DNA from: an uncultured Syntrophomonadaceae bacterium
Lineage (GTDB): Bacteria; Bacillota; Dethiobacteria; DTU022
Assembly: GCA_964436815.1 (NCBI GenBank)
Contig: CAYTER010000002.1
Coordinates: forward strand, 15,401-79,400
DNA: 64,000 bases
Reading direction: 5' to 3'
Shown: positions 1-10,033 of the stretch, one piece after another
Position numbering within the stretch: position 1 is the stretch's first letter
Layout of the letters: every line of letters starts with the position of its first letter
Notes under the pieces: generated by a model
What the model was told of the DNA's origin: nothing
The model's database searches: none
The model's input: only the letters and a program-made list of their open reading frames with translations
Position numbers and translations under genes: made by a program

Positions 1-1041
1 AGTGAAGATAGCGTAAGGAATGATGCGTCCCCTGGTATTAATCTCGCTCTTATCTACCAGGTGTCGCCCCAGTAACATCCCGTCATGCCACGCCCGGTGG
101 GTGTACATAGCTCCGCCGGTTATATCGCCGATAGCCCAGATACCGTTTACATTTGTCCGAAAAGCATGATCGACCGTGATAAAACCCCGATCATCGGTGT
201 CAATCCCCGCATTAAAGAGTTCAAGCCTCTCACTGTTTGCTGTTCTTCCGGTGGCAATGAGCAACTGAGCAGCATGGTAAGTGAAGGTCTTGCCCCCAGA
301 TACAGCTTCGGCAAAAATGAGCGGTTCATCTTGCTTAATCTCTTTTACAACTGCTTCATTAATCACCCTTACGCTTGCCGCCTCCAGTATTTTTTGGATT
401 TCAGCGGCAATTTCCGGATCAATATTGGGAACCAGCCGTTTATTGCGCTGCAGGATGGTTACCTCCACCCCAAGCCGGTTAAAGAGCTGGGCAAATTCCA
501 AACCGATCACTCCACCCCCGATAATCAGCAGGCTCTGCGGCAGCTCCTTCAGCTCCATGATTGAGGTCGAAGTAAGAAAATCCACTTGAGCCAAACCGTT
601 AATCGACGGCAAAGCGGGGCGCGCTCCGGCAGCGATGACAATTTTATCAGACGCAATAATCTTATCGTTTACGGCAATCTCCCGGGGGCTCTTAAAAACA
701 GCTTCTCCGGCCAAAAAAGATATCCGGTCGTTTTCTTCCACCGATCGGTAATTACCGGCCCGAATTCTTCCCACCAGGCGGTCCTTACGGTGAACCATTG
801 CCGGCCAGTCGGCTTGCGGCTGCCCGGTAATGACGCCGGCTTTTGAAGCTTCGGCCACCATGTGCATCACCCTGGCTGAATGGATTAGGGTTTTTGAAGG
901 TATGCAGCCGACATTTATGCAGGTGCCGCCTAAATGATCGCTTTCAACCAGGGCAGTGTTCCAGCCGGCTGCCGCAGCTTTCCGCACTACGGCCAAACCC
1001 GCCGATCCGCCACCAATGACAATAAGATCGAATTCACTCAA
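1..1041 (-). CDS. Class I pyridine nucleotide-disulfide oxidoreductase (dihydrolipoyl dehydrogenase/mercuric reductase family). Partial: the C-terminal end lies beyond the window start.
   Basis: The minus-strand translation from a TTG at 1039-1041 reads LSEFDLIVIGGGSAGLAVV...GGTCINVGCIPSK. That is a GxGxxG FAD-binding fold followed by the redox-active CxxxxC disulfide. A GAGGGGG RBS sits 8 nt upstream. The six-frame track omits it because the ORF has no stop inside the window. Confidence 0.8.
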   Translation of the reverse strand, partial: MSEFDLIVIGGGSAGLAVVRKAAAAGWNTALVESDHLGGTCINVGCIPSKTLIHSARVMHMVAEASKAGVITGQPQADWPAMVHRKDRLVGRIRAGNYRSVEENDRISFLAGEAVFKSPREIAVNDKIIASDKIVIAAGARPALPSINGLAQVDFLTSTSIMELKELPQSLLIIGGGVIGLEFAQLFNRLGVEVTILQRNKRLVPNIDPEIAAEIQKILEAASVRVINEAVVKEIKQDEPLIFAEAVSGGKTFTYHAAQLLIATGRTANSERLELFNAGIDTDDRGFITVDHAFRTNVNGIWAIGDITGGAMYTHRAWHDGMLLGRHLVDKSEINTRGRIIPYAIFT

Positions 1042-1059
1042 GAAGTTCCGCCCCCTCGA

Positions 1060-2160
1060 TTAGCGCTGGCCGGCCATTAAGTAACCGGAAAGGACAGCTG
1101 TCACCGGAACCGCTGCAACCAGGCCGATACTGCCGGCAATACCGCGCACAAATTCTGTGGCAATGATATCCATGTTAATGACCTTGAGCCAGTCTATTTC
1201 ATAACCCATGACCAGCAGCAGCATCGGGATCGCCGCCCCGACATAGGCCAGGATCAAGGTATTAGCCATGGTGCCCATCACATCCCGCCCGACATTGAAG
1301 GCTCCCTTGACCAGATCCGCCGGACTGATGTCGGGGCTAGCCTGTTTAATTTCTGCAGCGGCCGAAGCAACGGACATACCGATATCGGTAATCGCTCCCA
1401 GCGAACCGATGATAATCCCGGCAAACAAGAGCCCCCTGAAATCGATAGTCTGGTCCATAAAATAAAGCATCTGCGCTTCATGCGATCCAAAACCGGTCAG
1501 ACGCGCCAGGCTTCCGGCCCAGAAAGCCATCAATCCGGCGACAATAACGCCAGTAATAGTTCCAATAATTGCCAATATGGATTTGCGGTTCAACCCGCCG
1601 ATCACAAAAATAGTAAAAGCAATAGCCACCGCGGCAATACCGACCGCTAAAAGGATTGGATTGTAGCCGGCCAGCAGAAGCGGCAGTAAAACCCAAAAAA
1701 TCAGAAAGATTGTGACCGCCAGGGTGATGATCGTCTTGACCCCTTTCATCCTGCCCACCAGGAGAAGAGCGATGATAAAAACACCAATCAGGTTAAAAAT
1801 GCCCCGATCCCGGGCCAGGTCCTGGACGTAAGCCTGCTCAAAGGAACCTTCTTCGCCGATTGTGACAACGATTACTTCCTGGCCTGCTTCAAGGACGAAG
1901 TCATAAACCGGATCACCGGCAAAAAAAGTATTGTAGATGGTCAGCACTGTCCCGCGGAAAGGCCCGCTGGTCAGCTCAACCACTACTTCCTGTTCAATGG
2001 CCGTAAAATACTGGTGCTGAAGCTCTTCAGTCTCGTTGACCTGGAGAACCCTGCCCCGGTAAAAATGCTCTTCAGCATAAACCGGTTCTTCATGAACAGC
2101 CGATACAGGGGTTGAAAAGACGAGTAATAAAAATGAAACAATGATCAGGAGATTGCGCAT
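1060..2160 (-). CDS. YibE/F-like polytopic membrane protein with an N-terminal signal peptide and a soluble N-terminal domain
   Basis: 366 aa. It has a signal peptide (MRNLLIIVSFLLLVFSTPVSA), a ~120-aa soluble region, then ~8 predicted TM helices. The architecture matches the YibE/F family. It ends 18 bp upstream of the oxidoreductase gene on the same strand. Confidence 0.55.
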   Translation of the reverse strand: MRNLLIIVSFLLLVFSTPVSAVHEEPVYAEEHFYRGRVLQVNETEELQHQYFTAIEQEVVVELTSGPFRGTVLTIYNTFFAGDPVYDFVLEAGQEVIVVTIGEEGSFEQAYVQDLARDRGIFNLIGVFIIALLLVGRMKGVKTIITLAVTIFLIFWVLLPLLLAGYNPILLAVGIAAVAIAFTIFVIGGLNRKSILAIIGTITGVIVAGLMAFWAGSLARLTGFGSHEAQMLYFMDQTIDFRGLLFAGIIIGSLGAITDIGMSVASAAAEIKQASPDISPADLVKGAFNVGRDVMGTMANTLILAYVGAAIPMLLLVMGYEIDWLKVINMDIIATEFVRGIAGSIGLVAAVPVTAVLSGYLMAGQR

Positions 2161-2209
2161 CTATTAATACCACCCTAAGATTTTTAGTTTTATAGATTCA
2201 CTAAATGGT

Positions 2210-2902
2210 TCAGTAGCCCACAAACAGCTGGGTGTAAAAATGGCTGCCATCACCGCGAACCTGGATTCCAACCCCAACGAGGCTGTAACTGCTCCCCAAG
2301 ATGTTATTCCGGTGGCCGGGGGAGGCCATCAACATATCATGGGCCGCAGTGACACTGCCGCTTGAATTCATCGCCAGATTCTCTGCGGCGGACCGGTAAC
2401 TCACCCCGAAATGGTTAAGCAGATCTACAAAACTGCCGTAGGTCGGAGAAGTGTGACTGAAATAGTTTTTATCAATCATATCCCTGCTTTTGGCCCTGGC
2501 CGCGTTGGTCAGCTGACTGCTTACCTGCAGGGGCGGCAGTCCGGCGCTGGCCCTGGCCTGGTTGATCAGGTTAACCATCTGCTGCTCCTTACTGACTGCG
2601 CCTCCGGTTTGCGGCGGCGCCGGTTCAGGCTCAGGCCGGGGGCGCACCTTTGGACCCGGTTCAAAATCAAGCTCCTGATCAAGCCAGACAGCGTAAAGTG
2701 AAAAATCGATCAGTTCACCTTCTGTTTCCGCTTCTTTCAAGCCCTGATCAGGGTTCAGTCGATCGAACGCCGGCAGATCACTTAAAAAGAAAAGGATCCC
2801 CAGGCTGATGATTAAAAGGGTGAGAAAAAGCAGGAACCGCATAAAAAGTTTAAGAATCATTGACTCAATTACTCTCCGGTTTCTTTGAGAATTTAACAAC
2901 AC
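2210..2902 (-). CDS. Secreted CAP/SCP-domain (YkwD-like) protein with a Pro/Glu-rich linker
   Basis: An N-terminal TM/signal segment is followed by an RPRPEPEPAPP linker. The C-terminal ~130 aa carry CAP-domain motifs (NQARASAGLPPL..., HRNNILGSSYSLVGVGI). The true start may be the internal Met at about 2857. Confidence 0.65.
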   Translation of the reverse strand: MLLNSQRNRRVIESMILKLFMRFLLFLTLLIISLGILFFLSDLPAFDRLNPDQGLKEAETEGELIDFSLYAVWLDQELDFEPGPKVRPRPEPEPAPPQTGGAVSKEQQMVNLINQARASAGLPPLQVSSQLTNAARAKSRDMIDKNYFSHTSPTYGSFVDLLNHFGVSYRSAAENLAMNSSGSVTAAHDMLMASPGHRNNILGSSYSLVGVGIQVRGDGSHFYTQLFVGY

Positions 2903-2931
2903 CCGGATCTAGTGATGAAGCTACAAACCAG

Positions 2932-3681
2932 TCAGGCATTAGAACCCGGAGGGCTAATCTGCTCAATTTCCCGGTGAACCGCCGGTAAGTCACGATTAGT
3001 TATAATACCGATCAGCTTCTCATCAGGATTTCCATTCTGCGTAATTAAAACCGCTTCCAGCTTTCGTCCTTCATGCTGCCAGCGGTAGAAATGTTCCGGT
3101 ACAGTAAAAAGTGACTGATTGGCTGAAACAATCTCATAATCGTTTTCATGACCTGTTTTTTTGATCACATCCAGTAGTGTAGTTTCATTGATATTAATCT
3201 CCCTGTTATTTTCAACCAGGCAAATCCCCATCCACTTAACGATCATATTTGAAGTCAGCAATCCGACCAGTCTGCCATTATCGTAAACCGGAGCCTGGGT
3301 ATAAGACATCCTGCTCAGGTCGCGAATCGCCCGTGCTACCGGGTAGTTTCCCGAAAGTGTAAGCACTTCTTTCAGAAAGAGGGGCGCTACCTTTGGCGGT
3401 TCAACTAAAAGCTTGGCGATACGTTCAATTTTTTCAACCACTTCAGCGGTAGGGACGGCAATGATTTCACCGCCCGCCCGATCATGGACAATAGCGTTGC
3501 GCAGCTCGCTGTACTCGCGCAAGTCAAAGCGGTACCTCTCAATAACCGGATTAACCCTGGCGCTTTTATCCACCAGTTCAAAAAAACGGCGGTGATCTTT
3601 TAAGTTCAGAATTCTTTCCATTTCATGTTCAATGGTCGAGTAGGCATTTAAAAAGCGTTCCGCATTGTTGTTTCCGGGCAT
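2932..3681 (-). CDS. CBS-pair domain protein with an N-terminal HEPN-like (RNxxxH) domain
   Basis: 249 aa. The C-terminal ~150 aa have tandem CBS-like repeats (GLLTSNMIVKW..., LIGIITNRDL). The N-terminal ~100 aa are helical and contain LRNAIVHD, which matches the Rx4-6H HEPN signature. Confidence 0.55.
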   Translation of the reverse strand: MPGNNNAERFLNAYSTIEHEMERILNLKDHRRFFELVDKSARVNPVIERYRFDLREYSELRNAIVHDRAGGEIIAVPTAEVVEKIERIAKLLVEPPKVAPLFLKEVLTLSGNYPVARAIRDLSRMSYTQAPVYDNGRLVGLLTSNMIVKWMGICLVENNREININETTLLDVIKKTGHENDYEIVSANQSLFTVPEHFYRWQHEGRKLEAVLITQNGNPDEKLIGIITNRDLPAVHREIEQISPPGSNA

Positions 3682-3729
3682 TTAAAGAAATAGCCTCCTT
3701 TGACCGGCTGCCTGCCGTCTGGTTCTTAA

Positions 3730-5220
3730 TCAGGATTCACGAATAAAGTTATAATAAAAATTAACAACCCCCTGGAGCTGATCGATGCTGATATACTCGT
3801 TGACCCCGTGAATACTGCGCAGTTCTTCCCTGCTCATTTTAACCGGCGAAAACCTCAGCACATTGTCGCAGATCGCACAAAAGTGCCTGGAATCAGAAGC
3901 ACCGAGCATGATGTAGGGGGTGACCAGGGTATCATGAAATACAGAACTGACCACCCTCGCTAGTTTCCTGTAGGCCTCCGAATCCGGGCTGGTCGAGGGG
4001 GAAGGGTTGTGCCCATATATTCTCCTGACTGAAAGTTTGAGCGGATCATCAGACTGCCTGGCAGACAGAGATGCCTGCCTAGCCTGTTCTGTCAAATAGT
4101 CCAAAGCGCTGTCACAGGTATCGCTCGCTGAAAGCCTGATGTTGGCGACAGCCCTGACCCGGTCGGGGATCACGTTGGCAGCTTTGCTTGCTTCAGCCAT
4201 AGTAAAGACACTGGTAGTGCGGCACAGTGCATTAAGCTCTCTGCCGATCAGCGGCAGCGCAGCCAGCAGCAACGGCTTAAAGCACCAGAGATTGGCAAAA
4301 ACTATTTTTAACCCGAACGGCATATGCCTGCCGAGGATGTTAAACATCTCTTTGACTTCACCTGGCATAAACGCCGGAAAAGGTTTTTTATCCAGCCTCA
4401 GGATAATTTTGCTCAGCACCGCCAGGGGAGTAATTCTTCCCGGGGTGGAAGCATGACCGCCACTGCCTTCCAGAACTACTTCAATATCGGTCAGGCCCTT
4501 TTCCGACAGGCCAACTGCAGCTATCGGCTTTTTGACCCCCGGGAAAACCCCGGTAACGATCGCTCCGCCTTCGTCCAATACAGCAGCCGGTTTAATATTG
4601 CGGCTTTTAAGCAGTTCTACTATCGCCGGGGCTCCCGATCCCATGGTTTCTTCATCATGGCCAAAGGCAAAGTAAATGTCCTGTGCCGGTATGAACCCTT
4701 CAGCTAAATGCTTTTCAGCCGCTTCCAGGGCACCAAAAAGCGTGCACTTGGTGTCTAGAGAACCTCTCCCCCAGATCTTATCATTGTCGATTATCCCGGC
4801 AAAAGGCGGAAAACTCCACTGTTCAGCTTCCGCCGGCACCACATCATAGTGAGCCATTAACACCATAGGTTGATCGCTGCTACGGCCAGGCCAGTGATAG
4901 AGCAAAGAATGACCCATGACCAGCTCCCGTTTCAGCTGCTGATGAACAAGCGGGTAATACTTTTCCAGCAGATCCCGGAAACGCACAAATTCGCTATAGT
5001 CATCCGGCGACCAATCTTCACCTGCTCTTTCCGGATGAATCGTGCGGCAGCGCAGCATTTCAGCAAAACGTTCCGCAAAAACCAGGCGATCGCTTTCGGA
5101 TAAATGCTGTAATGCGGCAACTGCTCCCGGGCATTTCTGAACGGGCTTAAAAAGGGCCGCCCTGATTAGAAGAATGGCCACAAAAGCTGCCAGCAGGCTG
5201 ATAATAGTCCACAAGATCAT
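3730..5220 (-). CDS. M20 family metallopeptidase/amidohydrolase with an N-terminal membrane anchor
   Basis: 496 aa. It has an N-terminal TM helix and M20 motifs (HYDVVPA, WGRGSLDTK, GHDEE metal ligands). Confidence 0.75.
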   Translation of the reverse strand: MILWTIISLLAAFVAILLIRAALFKPVQKCPGAVAALQHLSESDRLVFAERFAEMLRCRTIHPERAGEDWSPDDYSEFVRFRDLLEKYYPLVHQQLKRELVMGHSLLYHWPGRSSDQPMVLMAHYDVVPAEAEQWSFPPFAGIIDNDKIWGRGSLDTKCTLFGALEAAEKHLAEGFIPAQDIYFAFGHDEETMGSGAPAIVELLKSRNIKPAAVLDEGGAIVTGVFPGVKKPIAAVGLSEKGLTDIEVVLEGSGGHASTPGRITPLAVLSKIILRLDKKPFPAFMPGEVKEMFNILGRHMPFGLKIVFANLWCFKPLLLAALPLIGRELNALCRTTSVFTMAEASKAANVIPDRVRAVANIRLSASDTCDSALDYLTEQARQASLSARQSDDPLKLSVRRIYGHNPSPSTSPDSEAYRKLARVVSSVFHDTLVTPYIMLGASDSRHFCAICDNVLRFSPVKMSREELRSIHGVNEYISIDQLQGVVNFYYNFIRES

Positions 5221-5232
5221 AGCAGATCACCC

Positions 5233-5901
5233 CTAAATCATATTCTTGTTATACATCAATCTGGCGGCAGCAATTGCCGACAAAGCACTGACCGGAATCA
5301 GGATTCCGACCGGCGCATTTGGAACAATAACGAAGATGATAATCATCAGGGCAACCGGCACCACTGCGAGTTTCCAGTTTTTGGAGATATAGAGGTAACC
5401 AAGCGCGCCAAAGAGCGCCGGCAGAATATTTTCAAATGCCGGCTGTAAAACAGGTGAAGCCAGGATCGGGGTGAGCTGAACAAAAAGCAGGACTCCAATC
5501 ACCAAAACCAGGTTGGTTACCAGGGAAGAAGTAGCCACCGCTATGGTAGAAATGATCTCCCCCTCATTTGAGCCGGGTTCAATATCGGCTATTTCCATGG
5601 CATTCAAGGCACAGGGAACTTTCAGATTGGTCAGGTTCCCGGTAGTGAAGGCCAGATAGGTTGCCCCGCTGCCCAGCATTGGTGAAAAGGTAATTACTTC
5701 AATAATCCCGATCGGAACATAGATCATCATAATGGGCAGAAGTCCGCCAAGCAGTGGACCGGCAGCCGGCCAAACATTGAAATAGGCTGAAATGGCCAGG
5801 GGAATAGAGAGGATGACCAGCAGAGCAGCCGACATCCAGATCCGACCCATGCGGTGAATAGCCTGATCATAACTTAAAGGCTTCTCGTTTTTAGCAGTCA
5901 T
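5233..5901 (-). CDS. Polytopic membrane protein, possibly DUF969/DUF979-like permease component
   Basis: 222 aa, highly hydrophobic with about 6 TM helices. It sits 4 bp from the next membrane-protein gene and downstream of it on the same strand. Confidence 0.4.
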   Translation of the reverse strand: MTAKNEKPLSYDQAIHRMGRIWMSAALLVILSIPLAISAYFNVWPAAGPLLGGLLPIMMIYVPIGIIEVITFSPMLGSGATYLAFTTGNLTNLKVPCALNAMEIADIEPGSNEGEIISTIAVATSSLVTNLVLVIGVLLFVQLTPILASPVLQPAFENILPALFGALGYLYISKNWKLAVVPVALMIIIFVIVPNAPVGILIPVSALSAIAAARLMYNKNMI

Positions 5902-5905
5902 TTAG

Positions 5906-6613
5906 CTAACCTCCCAGGATTCCGGCATAGAGAATTGCCAGCGCCATTGCACCGACCATGCTCAGCGGCAGGGCAAAGTCTTTAAATATTTTCAGGCCGC
6001 CTTTTTGCTCAAGCATGATGCAGATGATCATAATCAGGGCCGATGAGAGCAAGGTCAGGATCGAAACAAGCCCACCGGCTAAGGCACTGCCTAAAAAGGA
6101 GCTGATCAGGCCAACAAACATGGCGGCAATGAGCAGCGAGCCCCAGCGGTTGTCTTCAACCTTGATCTTGTTAACCCTGCCCTGTAGTTTCTTGAAATAA
6201 GCAATGATGAATAAAGGACCGGACATGATTCCCAAGGTCATGACCCAGACAATTACCGAAAATACATCAAGCGGGACCCCGGCGCCGGCCAGGCTGGCTC
6301 CGGCTGCCTGCGCTGCCGCCTCTGCAGCAGGAAGCTCGTAGGTTATCGCTCCAATCACGGAAAGACGGATCCAGGGCAGGGCCAGCCCCAAGGCGCCCGA
6401 AAGGGTCAGCATCGTCAGTAGAATTGACAGTGAGGGAACAAGAGTGAAAACAGCGCTTGAAATTACTGCCCGGCTCATTTTACCGGGTTCCAAACCTTTG
6501 CGTTTGCCTTCCAGCCATGCACTTCTGAGAAAAACCAGCGATTGCACTGTGACAAAGATCGCGACAACCGCTCCGAGCAGAAACATAAAAGTGCTGTTTC
6601 TGAAATCAGCCAT
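5906..6613 (-). CDS. Polytopic membrane protein, partner of the 5233-5901 gene
   Basis: 235 aa with about 7 TM helices. Its tight linkage to 5233-5901 suggests a two-component permease. Confidence 0.4.
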   Translation of the reverse strand: MADFRNSTFMFLLGAVVAIFVTVQSLVFLRSAWLEGKRKGLEPGKMSRAVISSAVFTLVPSLSILLTMLTLSGALGLALPWIRLSVIGAITYELPAAEAAAQAAGASLAGAGVPLDVFSVIVWVMTLGIMSGPLFIIAYFKKLQGRVNKIKVEDNRWGSLLIAAMFVGLISSFLGSALAGGLVSILTLLSSALIMIICIMLEQKGGLKIFKDFALPLSMVGAMALAILYAGILGG

Positions 6614-6740
6614 CGGTAATCCTCCTTGAATAAGAATATATTTCAGTTAGTTCTGCGCAATAGCCGCTGCTGATAGTGTTTTCTATATGTTATCATAGTA
6701 AGAAAGATAAAGCAGATAAAAAATTACAGGAGGTCAGCTG

Positions 6741-7145
6741 ATGACAGGTTGCGTCTTTTGCCACAGAGAAAGTCTTGCTATTATCGATGAAAATGAACTG
6801 GCTTTAGCTTTCTATGATGCCTGCCCTGTCAGTGCCGGGCATACTTTGGTTATTCCTAAAAGACATGTTGAAACGTACTTTGATGCCAGTCCTGAAGAAC
6901 ATGCCGCAATCAGCAGCCTGGCAGGCCAGGTGTGCCGGAATTTGCAAAAAGAACTAAACCCCGATGGTTTTAACATCGGGGCTAATGTAGGCGAAGCGGC
7001 AGGGCAGACAGTATTTCACTTTCACATCCATATCATACCCCGCTATAAGGGTGATGTCGCCGATCCCCGGGGCGGGGTCAGAAAGGTTATTCCCACTCGC
7101 AGCTGCCGTCTGCCGGGCAGTGCAAAATCTGATCAGCGGGATTAA
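6741..7145 (+). CDS. HIT family hydrolase
   Basis: Histidine triad HFHIHIIPR, and an N-terminal CxxC-like CVFCHR. AGGAGG RBS upstream. 134 aa. Confidence 0.85.
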   Translation: MTGCVFCHRESLAIIDENELALAFYDACPVSAGHTLVIPKRHVETYFDASPEEHAAISSLAGQVCRNLQKELNPDGFNIGANVGEAAGQTVFHFHIHIIPRYKGDVADPRGGVRKVIPTRSCRLPGSAKSDQRD

Positions 7146-8979
7146 ACCTGTAATCAAGCGCTGAGAGTAAATAGGTATAGGCTGTCGGCTGTTTTCTGAG
7201 GTTCTTAAGCTGAGCGGCAATCAACTTATCCCCTGTTTTATTAAGTTCTTCATCCTGTAATAACCTGCCCAGCCGGAATTGATTCATAACGGCCATTGAA
7301 TAACCTGACGGGGAGGCGCCATCGTAGGCTTCAGCCTCAAAGGGCAGCTGCCCGTCCCCTTTTAGCTCAGTACTGTAGTTTAAGGTTCCACGCTGATTAA
7401 GAAAAAGATCCAGCATGATTGTATTCAGACTCACTGCTTTATCAAGATGCTGCTGCTCGCCAGTAGCCCTGTAAAGTTCCAGGTAGGCCCAGGTCATCGC
7501 CGCATAATCATCAAGAAAAGCTTCAATTGCCGCTTCTTTATCCCTGTAGCGCCTTAACAGTTTACCGGCAGGTGTAACCAGGTTTTTTGCGATAAAGGCC
7601 GCAGCCCGTTCAGCTTCCCGGATAAAACCGGTCTCTCCAAGGACCTTTCCGGCCCTGGCCAGGGCAGCAATAGCCAATCCATTCCAGGCGGTAACCACTT
7701 TGTCATCCAGGAATGGTTTTTCCCGTTTGGCCCTTTCTGCGAGCAGCACAGTCCTGGTCTCTGCGATCTCCTCCTGGAGGTTCTTTATGCTTAAACCCAT
7801 TTTTTCGGCAAATTGAAGATCATCGCAGCGCCTGTTTAAAACATTTAGTCCTTTCTCAAAATTGCCTTCAGCAGTTACTCCGTAGTACTCGGCCAGCATT
7901 TGCCCCTGCTGTTCACCGAACAGGTCAAGCATTTCAGCCAATTTCCAGACATAGTAAGTGCCTTCTTCACCTTCACTGTCAGCATCCTCTGCCGCATAGA
8001 ATGCTCCCTCTGGCGCCTGCATTTCCCGCAGCAGGTAAGCGGCAATTTTACGGGCCATTTCAGCTGCTGCGGCATCACCGTCCAGCTGATACGTTTCAAC
8101 TGCAGCAAGCAGTGTCATCGCCTGATCATAAAGCATTTTTTCAAAATGCGGAACCAGCCATTCCCGGTCAACCGAGTAGCGGTGAATACCATATCCCAGC
8201 TGATCAAAAATTCCACCCCGGTGCAGAGCCTGAATTGTTTTTCTAACCATCTCAACAGCATCCTGCTCATCTTGCCCTTTCCCGTAGCGCAGCAGAAAAA
8301 GCAACTGATGGGGAGCCGGAAACTTTGGCGCCCCTCCGAAACCGGCATATTCTCTGTCGAAACTTGATTTAAGCTGTTTATAGGCCTTGTGCAAGATGTC
8401 CCGGCCTTCTTTCTCATCCAACTCTGATTCGGTATCACGCGATTCTTCGGTCATGCTGTTCAAAGCGTTGACCAGTTCATCAGCCGCCTGAACGACCCGC
8501 CCTTTTTCTTTTTTCCAGTATTCGCTGATCCGGGGAAGGATATCAAGCATCCCACTTATTCCATAACGGCTTTCTTTTGGGAAAAAAGTGCCGGCATAGA
8601 AAGGCTTGCGATCCGGAGTGAGAAATACGGTTAAAGGCCATCCTCCCTGACCGGTAAGAGCCTGGCAGGCAGCCATATATTGCTGATCAAGATCAGGTCT
8701 CTCTTCCCGATCAACTTTTACCGCAATATAATCTTCGTTCAGCAAAGCCGCCACTTCTTCATCCTCAAAAGAATCGTGGGCCATCACGTGACACCAGTGG
8801 CAGGTCGAATAACCGATACTCAAAAATACCGGCTTGTCTTCTTCAGCCGCCTTCTTGAAGGCTTCATCACTCCAGGGGTGCCAGTCAACCGGATTAAAAG
8901 CATGCTGCAGCAGATAGGGCGATTTTTCCTTGCCTAGAAGGTTTGGTTTTTGCCTGGCGGATTTTTCCACCAGAATCAT
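7087..8979 (-). CDS. Thioredoxin-domain protein YyaL (DUF255 with N-acylglucosamine-epimerase-like alpha/alpha-toroid)
   Basis: 630 aa. The N-terminal thioredoxin-like region is [50 protein letters not shown]. Its 3' end overlaps the convergent HIT gene by 59 bp. Confidence 0.85.
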   Translation of the reverse strand: MILVEKSARQKPNLLGKEKSPYLLQHAFNPVDWHPWSDEAFKKAAEEDKPVFLSIGYSTCHWCHVMAHDSFEDEEVAALLNEDYIAVKVDREERPDLDQQYMAACQALTGQGGWPLTVFLTPDRKPFYAGTFFPKESRYGISGMLDILPRISEYWKKEKGRVVQAADELVNALNSMTEESRDTESELDEKEGRDILHKAYKQLKSSFDREYAGFGGAPKFPAPHQLLFLLRYGKGQDEQDAVEMVRKTIQALHRGGIFDQLGYGIHRYSVDREWLVPHFEKMLYDQAMTLLAAVETYQLDGDAAAAEMARKIAAYLLREMQAPEGAFYAAEDADSEGEEGTYYVWKLAEMLDLFGEQQGQMLAEYYGVTAEGNFEKGLNVLNRRCDDLQFAEKMGLSIKNLQEEIAETRTVLLAERAKREKPFLDDKVVTAWNGLAIAALARAGKVLGETGFIREAERAAAFIAKNLVTPAGKLLRRYRDKEAAIEAFLDDYAAMTWAYLELYRATGEQQHLDKAVSLNTIMLDLFLNQRGTLNYSTELKGDGQLPFEAEAYDGASPSGYSMAVMNQFRLGRLLQDEELNKTGDKLIAAQLKNLRKQPTAYTYLLSALDYRFNPADQILHCPADGSCEWE

Positions 8980-9114
8980 CTCCCTTCAACCTGATAATAA
9001 TATATTAAGTCTATAGTTTTAGTATATTATATCATACATGGTGTTAGCAACCAGGTCAGCACCCGGTTGGTGCTCACGTAAATCTTTCCTATGATGATTA
9101 TTGGCGAGGACGGT

Positions 9115-9855
9115 TTAGATTACCGCAAGAAGAAAAATACCGGAAATTGTACCGAAGACTGCACCAAAAGTGCCGGCATGACCGTTTCCCGAATTCTGAG
9201 AACCGGGAATTAACTCTCCGAAAATTATATAAAGCATCGCCCCACCGGCAAAACCTAAGGAAAGCGAAAGCACCATTTCGGAGATCGCTCCCAGTGTTGC
9301 GCCGAGAAAGGCGCCTATCCCCATTGGTAGACCGGCCATAGCTGTATAAAGAACGATCCAGCGCAATCGCAAACCTCCGGCACACAGCGGGCAGGCCATA
9401 GCTATGCCTTCCGGTATATTATGCAGGGCTATGGTCAGAGCGAGGGTAAAACCGACTGCCGGTGATGCTACATAACTGGCCCCGATTGCCAAACCTTCCG
9501 GCAGGTTGTGCATGGCAATGCCTAAGCCAAGGATCGTCCCGGTGCGGATAAAACGGGGCAGATCACCCGTTGCTTCAAAAAAATGAAAATGGGGTATTTT
9601 TAGGTCAAGAAAAAGGATGAATAGCGATCCAAAAATCAAACCGGCGAAGGCTGTAAAAAAATTTCCGGCTGCAACCGATTCGGGTAAAAGATCATTTAAA
9701 ACTATAGCCAGCATTATACCTCCGGCAAAACCGAGGATAAATCCAAGCGTCGCTTTACCGGGTTGTCTTAAAAAGAGGGCAATAACAGCGCCCGAACCGG
9801 TACCGATTACCCCGGCGCCTAAACCGATCAGGGTAATCTGGAAAACATCATTCAT
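9115..9855 (-). CDS. ZIP family metal (Zn/Fe) transporter
   Basis: 246 aa, 8 TM helices, with HNxPEGLA motifs (HNLPEGLAIG and HNIPEGIAMA) typical of ZupT/ZIP. Confidence 0.85.
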   Translation of the reverse strand: MNDVFQITLIGLGAGVIGTGSGAVIALFLRQPGKATLGFILGFAGGIMLAIVLNDLLPESVAAGNFFTAFAGLIFGSLFILFLDLKIPHFHFFEATGDLPRFIRTGTILGLGIAMHNLPEGLAIGASYVASPAVGFTLALTIALHNIPEGIAMACPLCAGGLRLRWIVLYTAMAGLPMGIGAFLGATLGAISEMVLSLSLGFAGGAMLYIIFGELIPGSQNSGNGHAGTFGAVFGTISGIFLLAVI

Positions 9856-10033
9856 TCAGCAACCTCCGTTCAACGACTGGTCTGCATATTCTGCCACCTC
9901 CCCATTATATCCAATAAAGAAAGTAATATGAAGGTATAATTATTTAAATAAAGAAATGTAATAGGGTATAATCACGAAGGGACAATCCTTAGATCAACAT
10001 AAACAGTCCATTGTTCAGGAAAGGAAGATTTTA

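Noticed and set aside
85-846. Plus-strand ORFs 85-564, 281-589 and 586-846.
   Set aside because: They are antisense to a well-supported minus-strand disulfide oxidoreductase gene with clear FAD and CxxxxC motifs. They are spurious.
8980-9114. Hairpin GTCAGCACC-cggtt-GGTGCTCAC between the ZIP and YyaL genes, as a possible riboswitch or terminator.
   Set aside because: The stem is imperfect and no U-tract follows on the transcribed strand. It is more likely a weak terminator or spacer than a structured regulatory RNA.
9856-10033. Possible T-box leader upstream of glnS.
   Set aside because: The 178-bp divergent intergenic region is too short for a T-box. No T-box or specifier-loop consensus is visible. 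It holds only two TATAAT-like promoters.
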